Shown in pieces: positions 29,169 to 43,136 of a stretch of 64,000 nt of DNA (position 1 is its first letter; every line of letters starts with the position of its first letter). This DNA comes from Eledone cirrhosa. Lineage: Eukaryota. Location: positions 32,364,001 through 32,428,000 of the forward strand of contig OZ024744.1 of NCBI GenBank assembly GCA_964016885.1, given 5' to 3'. Under the pieces are notes generated by a model. The model was not told the DNA's origin. It saw nothing but the letters and a program-made list of their open reading frames with translations, and searched no databases. A program made the translations under genes and the position numbers.

Positions 29169-29696
29169 TGTGTGTGTGTGTGTTGTGTTGTGTGTATACA
29201 TATGCATACATTTATTTGTATAAATATATAAATATAAACGTGCACATACATTCAAACACATACACATACATTCAAACATATACATTCACAACACAGACAT
29301 ACATTTACACAAACACATACACATATACATTTAAACAAACACACGCACACCCATACACCTATACACAGCGTAGCAACTGAAAATGCCAGACGCTGTTTTG
29401 CTATATTTTTTTCACCATCCCTTTCCTTCCCTTTACACACATGCATTCACACAAACACACACACACACACACACACACAACATTGTGTGTGACGGACGGA
29501 CGGAAGTCGCTCATATTTATAAATAGATTGCGGGGATTTTTAAATAACGTTTGTCATGTTTTATTTTAAATTTGTTTTTCAAAAACATGAAATATAAAAA
29601 CAAATATAAAAACAAACGTTTGTTTTGTAAACACACTTTATTGTGATGTCCAACATTCACCGCCTCTCTACTTAAATAGAAACCAATTATTTCATT

Positions 29697-29781
29697 TCTT
29701 CTTCTTCTTCTTCTTCTTCTTCTTCTTCTTCTTCTTCTTCTTCTTCTTCTTCTTCTTCTTCTTCTTCTTCTTCTTCTTCTT

Positions 29782-29812
<31 letters not shown>

Positions 29813-29824
29813 TTCTTCTTCTTC

Positions 29825-29886
<62 letters not shown>

Positions 29887-29896
29887 GTTATTGTTA
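29697..29896. repeat. (TTC)n grading into (TTA)n
   Basis: Direct reading. Confidence 0.97.
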
Positions 29897-30107
29897 TTCC
29901 TTGAATCTCAGTTATTGATGTTGGTTAACTGGAAAGTCCGTTGGATTGAATATCAAGCCACTACCTGCAGCCTCAGATATTCAGGACGTATCGGAGGGTT
30001 CTTGCCGTTCCAAGCAAGCATGCCTTTTGAAGCGTTCCAAAAAGCGTGAAGGGGCCGATTTTCTTTAACCATCCCTGGAAACCTTTGGAGATAGTCCCCA
30101 GTGCGCC

Positions 30108-30108
<1 letters not shown>
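29897..30108 (-). mobile_element. 212-bp 3'-end copy of the adjacent R4/Dong-like element
   Basis: Near-identical to 30162-30373; (TAA)n on both sides. Confidence 0.9.
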
Positions 30109-30161
<53 letters not shown>

Positions 30162-30164
<3 letters not shown>

Positions 30165-30856
30165 CTTGAATCTCAGTCATTGATGTTGGTTAACTGGAAA
30201 GTCCGTTGGAATGAATATCAAGCCACTACCTGCAGCCTCAGATATTCAGGACGTATCGGAGGGTTCTTGCTGTTCCAAGCAAGCATGCCTTTTGAAGCGT
30301 TCCAAAAAGTGTGAAGGGGCCGATTTTCTTTAACCATCCCTGGAAACTTTTGGAGATAGTCCCCAGTGCGCCTATGACAATCGGGATCACTTTGACTTCA
30401 TGGCAGTTCCAAATCCTTTTCACCTCCCACTTTAGGTCCTGGTATCGGTTAATTTTCTCCCTCTCCTTCTCTTGCACTCTCGTGTCGAAAGGGCAGGCCA
30501 CATCCACAATCAGACACGATCTTTTTTCTTTGTCCACAACCACCAGGTCAGGTCTATTGTGTTCCAGTTTTTTGTCCGTCTGTATCCTAAAATCCCACAG
30601 CACCTTCACCTGATTGTTCCCGTCACCGCCTCTGGCCTATGCTCATACCATTTCTCAGAATGTGGTAAATTGTTTACTTTGCACAGGTGCCAGTGGATCA
30701 CCCTGCCCATCACATTGTGTCTCCAGCCCTTATAGTGGGTCTGGGCTAGGTGTTTACACTCGGACACAATGTGAGCCACAGTCTCCTCTCTCTCTCAACA
30801 GATCCTGCACAGTGGGCTAGCCTCCTCCTTGTAAATATGGTGTTTCAACCACTTCG

Positions 30857-30860
<4 letters not shown>
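30162..30860 (-). mobile_element. 5'-truncated R4/Dong-clade retrotransposon (CCHC finger and RLE) in (TAA)n
   Basis: CRIC*EREETVAHIVSEC..WRHN..IHWHLC..KWYEH, then VLWDFRIQTDKKLEHNRPDLVVVDK..IVDVACP..EKINRY..IPIVIGALG. Confidence 0.88.
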
Positions 30861-30910
<50 letters not shown>

Positions 30911-31125
30911 GTTGGTGAAGCCACGCTTCTTATCGCCTTCAGTCTTTTCAACGTTTTACCTCTTTTTCAACCGTTGTAAACCTTTTATTGAAGTTTTAAA
31001 TTTGATAAAAGTTTAGAAGAAGTGACCCACCTAATACAGGGGTTCACTAGTAAATAATACGGCACCCATTTACGGGGTGTCGTATTCGTATTTGTGTAAA
31101 AAAAAATTTTTTGAAAAATTTCAAC

Positions 31126-32924
31126 ATGGATAACATAAGAAAGAGAGAGAGCGCTGTCAGACAACACAGAGAGAGGGGGACTTTATCATGTCAACAAGCG
31201 GAGGTAAATATAAACGAAAATATTACAAAGGAAAAGAAGATTGTTACAGATTTAAAATTAACAAATATTTCTAAAACAAACAACACCAACAATAACACCA
31301 ACAACACCACCAACAACAACACCAAAAATAACAACAACAACACCAAAAATAACAGCGGTAAGGTCGAAAACGACAATAACACAAATAACAGCGGTAAGGT
31401 CGAGAACGACAATAACAATGACAATAACAACAGCCACAACAATAATAATAGTAGGAACAGTATCAACAAAAACAACAATAATAACAACAGCCACAATAAC
31501 AGTAACAGCAGCAACAGTATCAACGAAAACAACACCAACAACTGTACCAGCGAAAAGAACAACAATGACACCGATACCTGTAATAACGACCTCAGCACCA
31601 CCAGTAAGACCAGTAGCAGCAGCAATAGTGGTGCTGCTGAAAAAGGGACCACTTCTTTTGCAGGTGTCGCCCGAAATATCGAGACAGTGTTAGTCACAGA
31701 GGAGGAGATGGCAGTCGCAAGGGCCATGGTGACAAGAAGCGCAAATAGAAGCGCAAATAGAGTTTCCCTGAAACCTCCACCCGATTTTTTCAAGGACCAG
31801 CAGCTACGAACGGTGACTTACCGCACCGTAATCAAAATCTCACATCGAGTGGAGAGAGACACGGAGGCTCAAATCCAAAAGGCCTTGCGGTGCGTCTGGG
31901 CTCGCAACACCCACATCACCCGAGGCAGAAAGTACGCCACAGTAGACGTACTTTTCGCCACCCCCCAGGAAGCAAAGTCTCACTCTTTGGAAACCCTAAA
32001 GAGTGAGGAGTTAGTCTTGGTGCCCTCCTACTGCGGGCAGAAAATGGTGAGGGTCAAAGTGACCCAGGTCCCACCTGACGTACCCATACCTTGGTTGGCC
32101 GCGTCTGTCCTTGCTGGAATTGAGAACAGGGCGACCATGCTGCAAGTAGAAAAAATAGGGAGAGAGAACTGGTCAAGTATAGGCATGCAAATGCTTATAC
32201 AAACTGACCAGGAATATATCGAGGCTATCCCCGATATCATAGACTTCAAGGAAGGAGTCCAACTCCCTATAAGTGTAGAAGGAAGACGGCCAAAATGTTA
32301 TCTCTGTGGGTCGAAAGTCACCTTAGGGCCTTTTGCCCGCAGAAGACACAGAAGAGGGCCCCTCTCCTTCCAATACCTGGTCCGCTGCTACCAAGAGCAG
32401 AACAGGCAACAAACGCAGAAGCCCCTTCCACGCTGAGTAGGAAGGCAACGTCCGTAGCACCCGTACCAAGGCCACGGATAACTAAAGCAGCATCATCAGT
32501 AGCGGCAACACCAATAGCTACATTTGAAATAGCTACACCAGCAACAAAATTGCCGAAGAGGGTTCCACTACCACCACCAACAGCCGTGGAGCACATACCC
32601 CTCTCAGACGCCACAGAATCCGACATGGAGTTTGAGGCGGGAGTGACGTGGCAAACAGTCTGCCACAAAAAACAAAAAACAAAAGAACCCTTAGATTCAC
32701 CCTCCAAAAGCGAAGGCATACAAAGAGGGGTAAAGGCAGCAAGGAAACTTGCAGCAACACCACCACAAACACCAACAACGCAAACACAACAAGACACACA
32801 CACCAAACAGCAACAAGAAGAAAACGGCAACAACATCACCCCTCCCCCCCAAAAAAAGTACACAGCCATGACCAGCGAAAGGGACGGTTCTACTGTCCCT
32901 TCACCACACGAACAAGGTAAGTGA
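31126..32924 (+). pseudogene. Copy A ORF1 (Asn-rich N-terminus, CCHC knuckle), frameshift at about 32320
   Basis: VEGRRPKCYLCGS / SHLRAFCP is split across two frames. Confidence 0.85.
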
Positions 32925-32956
32925 CCCTTTCTCATTTGCCCTGATTCTCATCCAAC

Positions 32957-35900
32957 ATGGCTGTACTCAGAATAGGCAGTATAAATGCACGTGGCCTGGG
33001 GTCATCTTGGAAGCAGGGTCACCTGCTCAATGACCTCAGGTCACTAAACATAGATGTGGTGGCTATCAGTGAAACCAGAATCTCCGAGGCACGGGCCTTC
33101 GCACCGATCTTCGGCGGCTACGATGTATACGCATCTCCCAGCCGTCCAGGATCGGGGGGAGGGGTTGTCGTCCTTTTTCGGAGAGGCTTGGATCTCGCGA
33201 TACGGGCCATTTTCCTGGACCCAGAAGGTAAGTCGGTAGTGCTGGACGTGACCGGCAGCGAAGGCAATGCTTTCAGGCTAGTAGACGTCTACGCCCCAAC
33301 AGGGGCAGGACGGCCAGAATTCTTCAGACATCTAGAGACCTTTCTTGGAACGTCCCGCTCTTTAGTGTTAGTGGGCAACTGGAACGGTATCTTGGATGCA
33401 CGCTGGGATCGTGTGGGGTTAGGGGATAGGGGAGGAGGGTGAAAGAGCCTCACCAACCTGCTCAGACGTTTTGAACTGTCTGACAGGTACCGACTGGATC
33501 ACCCGAATTTGCCAATGTGGACATGGACAAACCGCATCGGGTCATCCAGATCGTATCTAGATAGGTATTCTGCAGGGAACTACATAAGGCTAGTATAAGT
33601 TGTCCACAATTTAAAATAGTCGACTACACAGACCACAAATTTGTGATCTGTGAGATCGACATAGACAGACTTCATAGACAAGCGCCTGGTTACTGGAAGC
33701 TGACCGCGTCTTTCCCGACGCGCAAGGCCTACAGAGACCCGATTAGCGTATTAGTTAAGCGGGCGTTGACGGGAGCGGTCGTCAACAACAGGTGGTGGTT
33801 CGCCCTGAAAAGGACAATTAAAGTAGAGTCGATTAGGTTTAGCAAAGGAGTAGTGATAGAGGAAAATAGAGTAGAGGGAGAGCTAGTCAGAAAGCTAGAA
33901 GAGGCGTTTAGGACAGGCATCGCAACCGACTGCTTGCGGCGAGATTGGCACTCGACCAATTCTTCAACGCAAAACACGCAGGCTGCGTTGTCAGAGCTAG
34001 AGCGCGTGCTCTGAAACACGAGGGGAGAAAAGCCGTCCAATGGGCCCGGGTGGCAGAGGCGCGACGTGGCAATAAAGCTACAATTCGGTCTTTGTCTGAC
34101 CAAAACGGGTGCGTGATGCTCGAACCCGAGCGGATGTGTGAAGCTTTTCAGCAGCACTTTGCTGAACTGTTCGGGAGCGGCGGCGGTCCGGATCGGGACA
34201 TGGACTTCAGTGCATACCTCGACGGACTGCCTCGGCTCTCGTCGACCGCAGCACAGTGTTGCGAAAAGCCAATAACAGCCGGTGAAATACGGGAAGAGAC
34301 GGCTAACTGCACAAGAGGTAAATCGCCAGGTTTAGATGGTCTACCCTACGAGCTTTATGCATTTATGCCAGACTTATCGGGGACCTCTTGGTAGACGTCT
34401 ACTGCAACTGGCAGCAGAACGGGAGCATTCCCAGTTTTGTGAGCCGGGGAGCAGTGGAACTACTGAGAAAAGACCCGAACAAGGGGGATGTTATTGATAA
34501 TTTCAGGTAACCCTGCTAAACGCAGAGTTCAAGATTTTGGCCAAGGTGTTAGCAACGAGGTTGGCGCTTGTCGTCAAGGGTCTGGTGGGAGAGGCGCAGA
34601 CATGCGCCATCCCGGGCAGATCCATACACGACAACCTCCACCTCATGCGATACATCATAGAGAGGGTGGTTAAGGAACCTGGCAATGGCGGGGCCCTGAT
34701 CAACTTGGATCAATCCAAAGCATTCGATAGGGTAGACCATAGGTACCTGGCGGCGGTCCTCGAGGCAGCCGGTTTCGGGCCCGTTTTCAGGCGTTGGATC
34801 GCAGCAATGTACAGCGACATCTGCTCAGTTGTGAGGGTGAACGGTCACCTGCCGCAGCCGTTCAGCATCATGCGCTCAGTCCGCCAGGGTTGTCCCCTCT
34901 CGTCCCTCTTGTACGTATTGGCTCTCGAGCCGTTACTTCACAAACTGGGGGCGATGAGGGCGTCCCACGCGAACTAGGATGCGGGAAATCCGAGTCGGCT
35001 TACGCTGACGATGTCACCGTGGTGGTGTCGAGCACCAGACATGTCCAGATGCTCGGCACCGCTCTCAAGGAATACGAAGCGGTGACAGGAGCAAAGATAA
35101 ACCAGGAAAAGTCGGTGGGCTTGCAGCTCGGCACCTGGAGAGGCAAGTCCATGCCGTCCGACAGCGTCGTGGGGCGTTGGACGGACGGACCGGTTAAATT
35201 GCTCGGGGTCTGGTTCGGACCGGACCTCCAAATGAAGAAAAACTGGAACGAGGTGACGAACAGGGTGGCCTCTCTCACCCAGAAATGGGCTGAGAGGAAG
35301 CTGTCCCTGAAAGGCTGGGCGGAAGTGGCGAATGCGTATATCGCATCCGTCATCTGCTACCGCCTCACCGTCGTCCCTTGCTCCAGCCCAACTCTCACCA
35401 AAATGGAGCGCCTCCTCTTCCGCCTTTTGTGGAAGGGACGCGCTCCCATGGTCAGACGATCCATCTGTTGTCAACACCCGTTGCGTGGAGGACTGGGCAT
35501 GCCATAGCTGATGATGCGCAAACATGCTCTGAGGCTGCGACATCTCTGGTGCTTCCTTGATGGTGAACGGGTGCGGTCGCCGTTCGCCAGGCACATTTTC
35601 CCACAGCTCGTCTCTTTGACGGAGCTGCAGTCCTGGGTCAGAAAAAGACAGAGGGATAGCGCTTGGAAACTGGAATGTCTCCAGGCGCTCACTGCTCTCT
35701 CCCAGTTGGGCACCAGTATCGGTGGAACATCCACCTCGGCGTTCTATAGAGGACTAGTGGAGGGGAAGAGCGACGACGTTCTCGGAGAGATCCTGGGCGT
35801 CGAAGATCAGCTGCTTGCTCTCTTCTGGAGAACTTTCAGCCCGAGGCCTATGGATAACTTCCAAAAATCCCTGGCCTGGCAGTGCTACCGGGGAGCGCTG

Positions 35901-36350
35901 CCGGTTCGAGATAAGCTCTACAGGCACGGAAGTGCCGTCAGCCGAGCCTGTCCGAGATGCGCGCATAGCGACGAAACCGTTGTGCACGCACTCGTTCAGT
36001 GCCCGAGCATTGCTGACTTGTGGAGCTATGTTGAACAGTTGCTGTCACGTGTGGGACTGATCCGGTTGTCAACTGAGTCCATTGTGTAGATGGTCTCGCC
36101 GTCTTCCTTTGAGGAGGAAGGGCAGGCGGTTTTCATCTGCCTGGTGGCCATGGCGAAAGAGATTGTGTGGTGGACAAGGTTAAAAGGATTAAAGGCAAAC
36201 ACTTTTCTCTTCGGCGAATCCCTAATTAACTTTTTCAAGTTTCACTTGAAGAGGAAAATCAGGGTGGAGAGGTAAGTGCTGCCTTCTAGCAAGTTTGTTG
36301 AAAGGTGGGTGAATGTAGCGAGAATGTCCCGAATGAACATACGTCTGTAG
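32957..36350 (+). pseudogene. Copy A ORF2: APE endonuclease, RT and zinc finger; multiple stops and frameshifts
   Basis: INARGL, ISET, YAP, SYLD, TDH; KSPGLDGLP, LDQSKAFDRVDH, VRQGCPLS, AYADD, LLGV; CPRC..ETVVHALVQC. Confidence 0.93.
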
Positions 36351-36638
36351 TTTGAGAGATGGAAAAATTGAGAGAGGGCGCTTGCCCTGGTAGTCAAGGT
36401 GGCCGTGGTCTTTGGTGTGGTTTTCGCCACGAGTACACTCGGAGGTTTCCCCCCTATTGGGGAATTTTTTATTGTTTCAATTTTCATTTTATTGTTTATA
36501 TATATATATGTTTTATGTCTTTTTTCTTTTCTTATATAAATAATAAAAATATTTACACGCACAAAACCCACATCGTACCGTCCTGTACCGTCTGTGATGT
36601 TTTTCTTGATGTCAGCCCTTGTGGCCAATAAAGAAATC

Positions 36639-36659
36639 ATTATTATTATTATTATTATG

Positions 36660-36712
<53 letters not shown>

Positions 36713-36784
36713 ACTCCTCCTTCTCCCCCCCCCCCCCCCTCCCCTCCGTCTCCTCCTCATTCTTCCCCTACTTCTTCTTTTCTT

Positions 36785-36840
<56 letters not shown>

Positions 36841-36850
36841 GCTGCTGCTG

Positions 36851-36881
<31 letters not shown>

Positions 36882-36883
36882 AA

Positions 36884-36915
<32 letters not shown>

Positions 36916-36931
36916 TCTTCTGCTGCTGCTG

Positions 36932-36989
<58 letters not shown>

Positions 36990-37013
36990 GACGACGACGA
37001 CGACGACGACGAC
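36639..37013. repeat. (ATT)n, (CTA)n, (CTG)n and (CGA)n microsatellite cluster
   Basis: Direct reading. Confidence 0.95.
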
Positions 37014-37336
37014 GGGCCTCCGTCGCTGTGCTTGGGTGTAACGTTTTCTTTATTCTGTCCGCTGGGAGCATTATGTGTCGCGTGTCTTGGGTTTTGCTTT
37101 TCCCTCCAATGTCAAGGCCGGCATTACTGGGGTGATTGAGTATTCTTTCTGCTAACTGTTTTAAAAATAAATATGGTGAATTAGCAAAGACGTTAGAGCG
37201 TCGGATTAATTATTTTTCAACTTTGTCTATATTTCTTTTCTGAGTGAGATGGGGTGACAACTTAGATTAGCAATGCTGGTTAAGTGTAGGAGATGTGGAT
37301 TAGCCGAGTGCCAATACCTATTTCGAGCTATTGGGT

Positions 37337-37516
37337 TGGCAGTATCGGTAGAGGGTCGGACGCCATGCTTTGACGCATAGACTTACGGCCCTTGCCATTT
37401 TGAGTTCAAATCCCGCCGAGTTTAACTTTGCATTTCATCCTTACGGGGTCGATAAAATAAAGTACCAGTAATTCACTGGGATAATTGCTGGCCTTGTGCC
37501 AAAAGTAGAAACAATT
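37337..37516 (+). mobile_element. tRNA-derived SINE
   Basis: A-box-like TGGCAGTATCGG, B-box GAGTTCAAATCC; nearly identical to the reverse complement of 45711-45902. Confidence 0.9.
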
Positions 37517-37527
37517 ACTTGTCTCGA

Positions 37528-37705
37528 TCTCTATGTCTTGAAGTATTACGTTGAGGGGCAAAAAGAAAAAAAACGCATGCACGAACTGAATATAAATGAT
37601 ACAAGCAATATATCTATGCAACCTTTCAGTTATTATTTTCTAAGATTTTGTCCACTAACTGAGTCATCCTTTTAACCGCCGGGCAACGTCGGGTACTGCT
37701 GCTAG
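37528..37705 (+). mobile_element. Helitron-like element (3' end clear, 5' end tentative)
   Basis: CCGGGCAACGTCGG hairpin, then CTAG (37702-37705) followed by T; same terminus type as 9543-9570. Confidence 0.55.
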
Positions 37706-37810
37706 TACAAAATAAATCAAGTAAAAAAAAAAAATATGAGTGGCCACAACTAGAAAATTTTTGACCAACGTAGAGTAAGATCAATTTACTGAAGGATAAC
37801 AAATATAATA

Positions 37811-38025
37811 ATTTCTACTCTAGGCACAAGGCCGGCAATCTGGAGGGAGGAGAAAGTCGATGAAGTCGACCCCAGTGCGTTACTGGTACTTTATTTTGAC
37901 GGTCTCATAAAGATAAAAGTCAAAGCTAACCTCGGTGGGATTTGAACTCAGAACGCAAAGGGCCATAAATCTATGCTGCAAGGCATGGTGTCCGACGCTC
38001 TACCGATACCGTCAATACACCACCC
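37811..38025 (-). mobile_element. Older, related tRNA-derived SINE
   Basis: Minus strand B-box GAGTTCAAATCC, ACTGGGGTCGA core and CCTTGTGCCTAGAGTAGAAA end. Confidence 0.8.
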
Positions 38026-38345
38026 TTCAATAATAACAGCAATACCAACAATAACAGCTGTACCATTACCGGTACAGTGTCATTAGCAGCTGCACCAACA
38101 CCAGCAGCAGCAGCACAAATAGTAACGTCAGTGACATTAATATCATCATTATCAGCAACAGCAGTAGTAGCAGCAACCACATCAGCAGCAGCAGTAGCAG
38201 CAGCAAGGAGCTTACGCAACAGGCAAGGCAGCTGTGATGATAAATAAAGGAAATGAGATTCTCATTCCGTTCAAGAGAGAACTTATGACGTAAAAGAAAT
38301 CGTGAGAAAGTTTCGGGATTTTTTTTACTCTGTAAGTGACGTCAT

Positions 38346-38413
<68 letters not shown>

Positions 38414-38520
38414 GGTTGTGGTGGTGGTGTGGTGGTAGTGGTGGTAGTGGTGGTTGTTGTAGCGGTGGTGGTTAGTGTTGTTTTTGTTGATAAGAAAAGA
38501 AGTGATATATATATATATAT

Positions 38521-38706
38521 AAGTTTATCCCGGGTTCAATCGGGGGTAACCACAGTAAGTAAGGTACTCAGTACATAGTAGAGTATAAATATTTAATATA
38601 GAAATGGCTTCTACAAGACTAGAACTGTTTCATTCGGGAGAAATCATCAAGGCTTCCTGATGATTTCTCCCGAATGAAACAGTTCTAGTTCTGTAGAATA
38701 TATTTC

Positions 38707-38710
<4 letters not shown>
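38521..38710 (-). mobile_element. Short fold-back pLTR module with hammerhead cores in both arms
   Basis: Same family as 18974-19160 in the opposite orientation; arms about 38596-38649 / 38657-38711. Confidence 0.75.
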
Positions 38711-38774
<64 letters not shown>

Positions 38775-38916
38775 GTAAACGGATAAAATGAAACGAAATT
38801 TCATTTCTCACTCTTTGTACGGTTGTTACTTAAATATAAGTATGTATACGTACATACATATATGTATACAGACGCACAGTACTGCCTCTCTGTTTTGTTC
38901 CTGTTCAAATTTTTCC

Positions 38917-38954
<38 letters not shown>

Positions 38955-39214
38955 TATACATGTACACATATATATATATATATGTACGTATGGATTCACC
39001 GAACATTTATTATATTGCTCGATGTGTTTGTAAACAAACATCCCGTATTAAGCCGTAGTGTCTAGCAACCATCGTTGCTCATTTGTTCAACACTGACAAA
39101 GGAACGCTGTACTAGTTTCAAGCTTATTAGCTATCGTCAGCAACGTATACACATAAACAAGATGGCGTAGGACAGAACAAAGGAGAGGCACAAAAAACAA
39201 AGAAAAGAATCCCC

Positions 39215-39258
39215 AGTCACTGAAGAGGTTACAGAATGTGTGACGAAAGAACTTTGAC
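39215..39258 (+). ncRNA. Hammerhead ribozyme motif within pLTR-like repeat 39150-39410
   Basis: GTCA-CTGAAGA(39220)-G-GTTACA-GAATG-TGTGAC-GAAA(39245)-GAAC-TT-TGAC. Confidence 0.8.
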
Positions 39259-39404
39259 AATATATAAACAACCATCTGGTTGTGGAACCAACCAACCAAC
39301 CGGAAATTTATAAATTCCTAAATTTATAAATTTATTATAATAAATTGAAGTGAAATCAACTGGTGCGTGTGTTTCTTATTGGCAACATGACCCTCCCAAA
39401 GTAT

Positions 39405-39469
<65 letters not shown>

Positions 39470-39471
<2 letters not shown>

Positions 39472-42400
39472 GTGTTAAACAATATTCAATGATTATGTCA
39501 AAGAATGAGTTTTACAGTAGATTGGAAGCACTCAACAACCTGAAGGATCATAAACGAAACTTTAAGGAAGAGATGCCAGTTAGACTGATTGCTCCATCGA
39601 AATCGGATATAGGAGTAATAAGTAAAAACATCATAGATAGAATATTCCCTACTCTTAAATTGAGATCTAATTTGAGCTTATGGAAAGATAGAAATGCGAT
39701 CATTGAATGGTACACGAATATTGAAGATAAGAAAAACTATAAATTCATCCAGATGGATATTACTAGCTACTATTCTTCTATAACACCTAAACTTCTAAAT
39801 AAGGCCCTTTCATATGCTTATAAGCATACTGATATAACCACGGATGAAATAGATATAATTTTAACAGCCAGAAGAACTCTCATTAACTCCAATAATGAAT
39901 TTTTGACACGCTCAGATAGAGATAGAAACTTTGATATCACTATGGGGCATCTGATTCCGCGCAAATCACAGATCTTCTGGGAATTTTCAAATTAAACATG
40001 ATAAATAGAAAACTGCCGGAGATTATCGGTGGTTTATATAGGGACGACATTTTATTTACGGTGGTCAAACACAACAATATAGAATTAAGAAAAGTATAAT
40101 AGAATTCTTTAAAACGTACGACCTTAAATTAGAAGTAGAAAATGGTACCAAAATAGTTAATTTCCTTGACGTTACCTTTAACTTAATCACTGGCTTCTAT
40201 TACCCTTTTCATAAGCCTAATGAAAACTTAAATTATGTTAGTAACTATTCAAATCACGCTAGATCTGTAAAAAAGGGTATAGTAAATAGTGTGCAAAAAC
40301 GTATTAATAAAATATCAGCCAATAAAGATATATTTGATAAAAATGCTGAATACTACAACAACGCGTTAAAAAGAGCAGGATATATGAATAATATAGAATA
40401 TGTAGATAATAACAATCCAAGTATTATTCCTAATAATAATAATAAAAATAATAACATATATAAGAGTAACTCTAATAATTATAACTCAAACACACATACG
40501 TTAAATAAATCGAGAATACGAATTAGATCCAAACCAGTCATATGGTTCGCACCCCCTGCTTCGGTCGCAGTTAAAACATTGCAAAACTATTCTTTAAAGC
40601 TCTTGACACCTCTTTCCCTACTCAACATAAATACCATTCCATTTTTAATAGACATACCATTAAATTCGCAAATTCTACAACCAGTAACATGGCCCAAAAC
40701 ATCACCAAATTAAACGCCAAAATCCTAAAACCAAACCAACATAATGTTCATAATAATAGAGTTAACATTAATGATACTAAACCAAAATGTAATTGTAGAA
40801 ATAAAACTATTTGCCCTTTGCAAAATAATTGTTTAGGTAGTAATTTGGTTTATAAATGCACCGTAAAAACTGATCACAAAACATACAATTACATTGGATC
40901 AACCTCGTCCACATTCAAAGCTCGTTTTGCGAACTATAAATGCTCATTCTCGAACTCTAAGAGGAAATCATCCACGTCTTTATCACAGCTCATATGGTCT
41001 TTAAAAGAGAAGAATCTAGAATACTCCATTCTTTGGACAAAACTTCGGAACTGTGGAATTTACCGCAACTCTAGTATATCAAATAACTGCCCGCTCTGTA
41101 CAATGGAGACCCTGTTGATTATTAATAATTATGAGACCCTAATTAACAAAAAAAGTGAATTATTCTCTAGTTGCTTCCATAAAGCTACGTCCACTTTTTT
41201 AGCCTCACATAAAACGAGAAAGAAAGAAACAATTACACCAAACCATTAACAACTCGGTTACCAGGAATATATAATCAACAGTTAAAAAAAAACATTAAAA
41301 AAACATTAATTGCCTTTAATATTGCTTTATTTTATAACTATCTAAAGAAGAAACAACGCTAGAATGAATGACAATATTTCAATTAACATGCCTAAACATT
41401 GATACACACAACATTATTTGTTAACTTTGATCAATACCATCATTTCTTTATCTCCTTATTTCTCCATCTATCTTCCTATCTATGCCTATAATTTAGTATA
41501 ATACCTAATCCTTACATATTTACGGAATTTATTTAACTGTGAATTTTTAATACATTTGTGATCACTTTTAAATTTTAGTTTAATATCCAATCCATAAATT
41601 TTTATGAAACTTATCTATAACTCTAAATTTTTAATGAGTTTTTGATCTATTATTTATAGTATAATATAGCATATATTTCTTTTAAATATATTTACTGCTC
41701 TATAAAATCTAAAATTTAAGACAGATTCAAACTTATATATAAATGTGAACTTTTTGCTGCGCTTTCGATCTCTCATCTATTTATAATATAATATATTATA
41801 ATATGTATGTAGTTATATATTATATTTTATATATTTTTAAATATTTTTAAATATACCTACCACATTTCTATATATATGATTCAAATATAGAGAAAATATC
41901 CAAACTAAAAATTATTATAGACATTATGTTGAACTCTGTATTATCCATGCACTCATTATTGTTTATATATATATATATATATGTATTTAAATGTGATACG
42001 TTGATAAAATTATAACTGTTATCATTTACCTAAAGTATACTACACTAATAATACCTAATATATATCTATATATATACATCCCTATATCTAATAATATGTT
42101 GATATCTTGGTTGAAGAATAATTACTGCATTTACACCCGGTTATACATAGGTATATATTTATCCTTAATATCCTTCAATATATTATCTTATTTTATTCTT
42201 ATTTTCGTTATTATTTACCTTAAACATACTGGCTCATTAACATATACCTATATACATAATAGTTATTTAAATATTTATAACAATAAGTACTTCAAAAGCT
42301 TTACATACCTAATATGTTGGTATATTTGTTAAAGTTTGAATTTAGGTAAATAATCAACAGTATAATATTTCATTTTTTATGTGCCAACTAAATCCATTAA

Positions 42401-42974
42401 ATGTTACCCTCATAAAATTCAGAAGTTTAGAAATGATAACACAGTTATCGAATTTATATAAATAATATATAACCAGCAAATAATCCTGAAATCTGGAGTC
42501 TTCACCCTAACATTATAAATTAAATTAAATATTTTCAAATTTAACCGTATAACTTTCGAAAAAATCTCCTTCTGCATATATCACCCCGTCCTCACACAAC
42601 ACACACTTTATTTTTCCCTCTTTATAAATCCTTTTCCAGTGGCTATCACTGGCTGTTATGATTCATGAGACGTTTTCCTAGATATATTGTAGTATCATAC
42701 ACTTTAAAACATTTAGAACAGTTACAATGTGCAACGTTTTTTATTGCTCACACATTCACTAATGAATTTATTACGTTTTCGCATTTTCTCATAAATAGGA
42801 TATAAGTAAAATTTTATCTTGGGTTAATCACTACCTCGATTAAATCTTAACCATTTAACATCTCAGTGTATGTCATGAATCATTATATTTTGTCTGATGA
42901 GGACGTACTGTTGTACATCCGAAATATGTATAATAAAATGTAATTGATCAAAAGAACATCTATTATATTAATAC

Positions 42975-42975
<1 letters not shown>
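39470..42975 (+). mobile_element. Decayed Penelope-like element: RT and GIY-YIG (39489-41249, frameshifted), 1.7-kb AT-rich 3' region, terminal hammerhead; bounded by (TA)n
   Basis: VRLIAPSKSDIG, IQMDITSYYSSI, GLYRDD, VNFLDVTFNL; CNCRNKTICPL..LVYKC..YIGST..FKARF..CPLC.ME. Confidence 0.9.
42886..42940 (+). ncRNA. Hammerhead ribozyme motif at the PLE 3' end
   Basis: TATTTTGT-CTGATGA(42894)-GGACGTAC-TGTT-GTACATCC-GAAA(42921)-TATGTA-TA-ATAAAATG. Confidence 0.85.
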
Positions 42976-43010
<35 letters not shown>

Positions 43011-43014
<4 letters not shown>

Positions 43015-43066
43015 AGTATGTGTGTATACGTACATACATATATGTATACAGACGTACAGTAGCATG

Positions 43067-43136
<70 letters not shown>

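Larger units (their letters stand above)
30911..36638 (+). mobile_element. Full-length decayed L1/Tx1-clade LINE (copy A), flanked by (ATT)n
   Basis: 5' UTR, ORF1, ORF2, 3' UTR ending AATAAAGAAATC, then (ATT)n. Confidence 0.93.
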
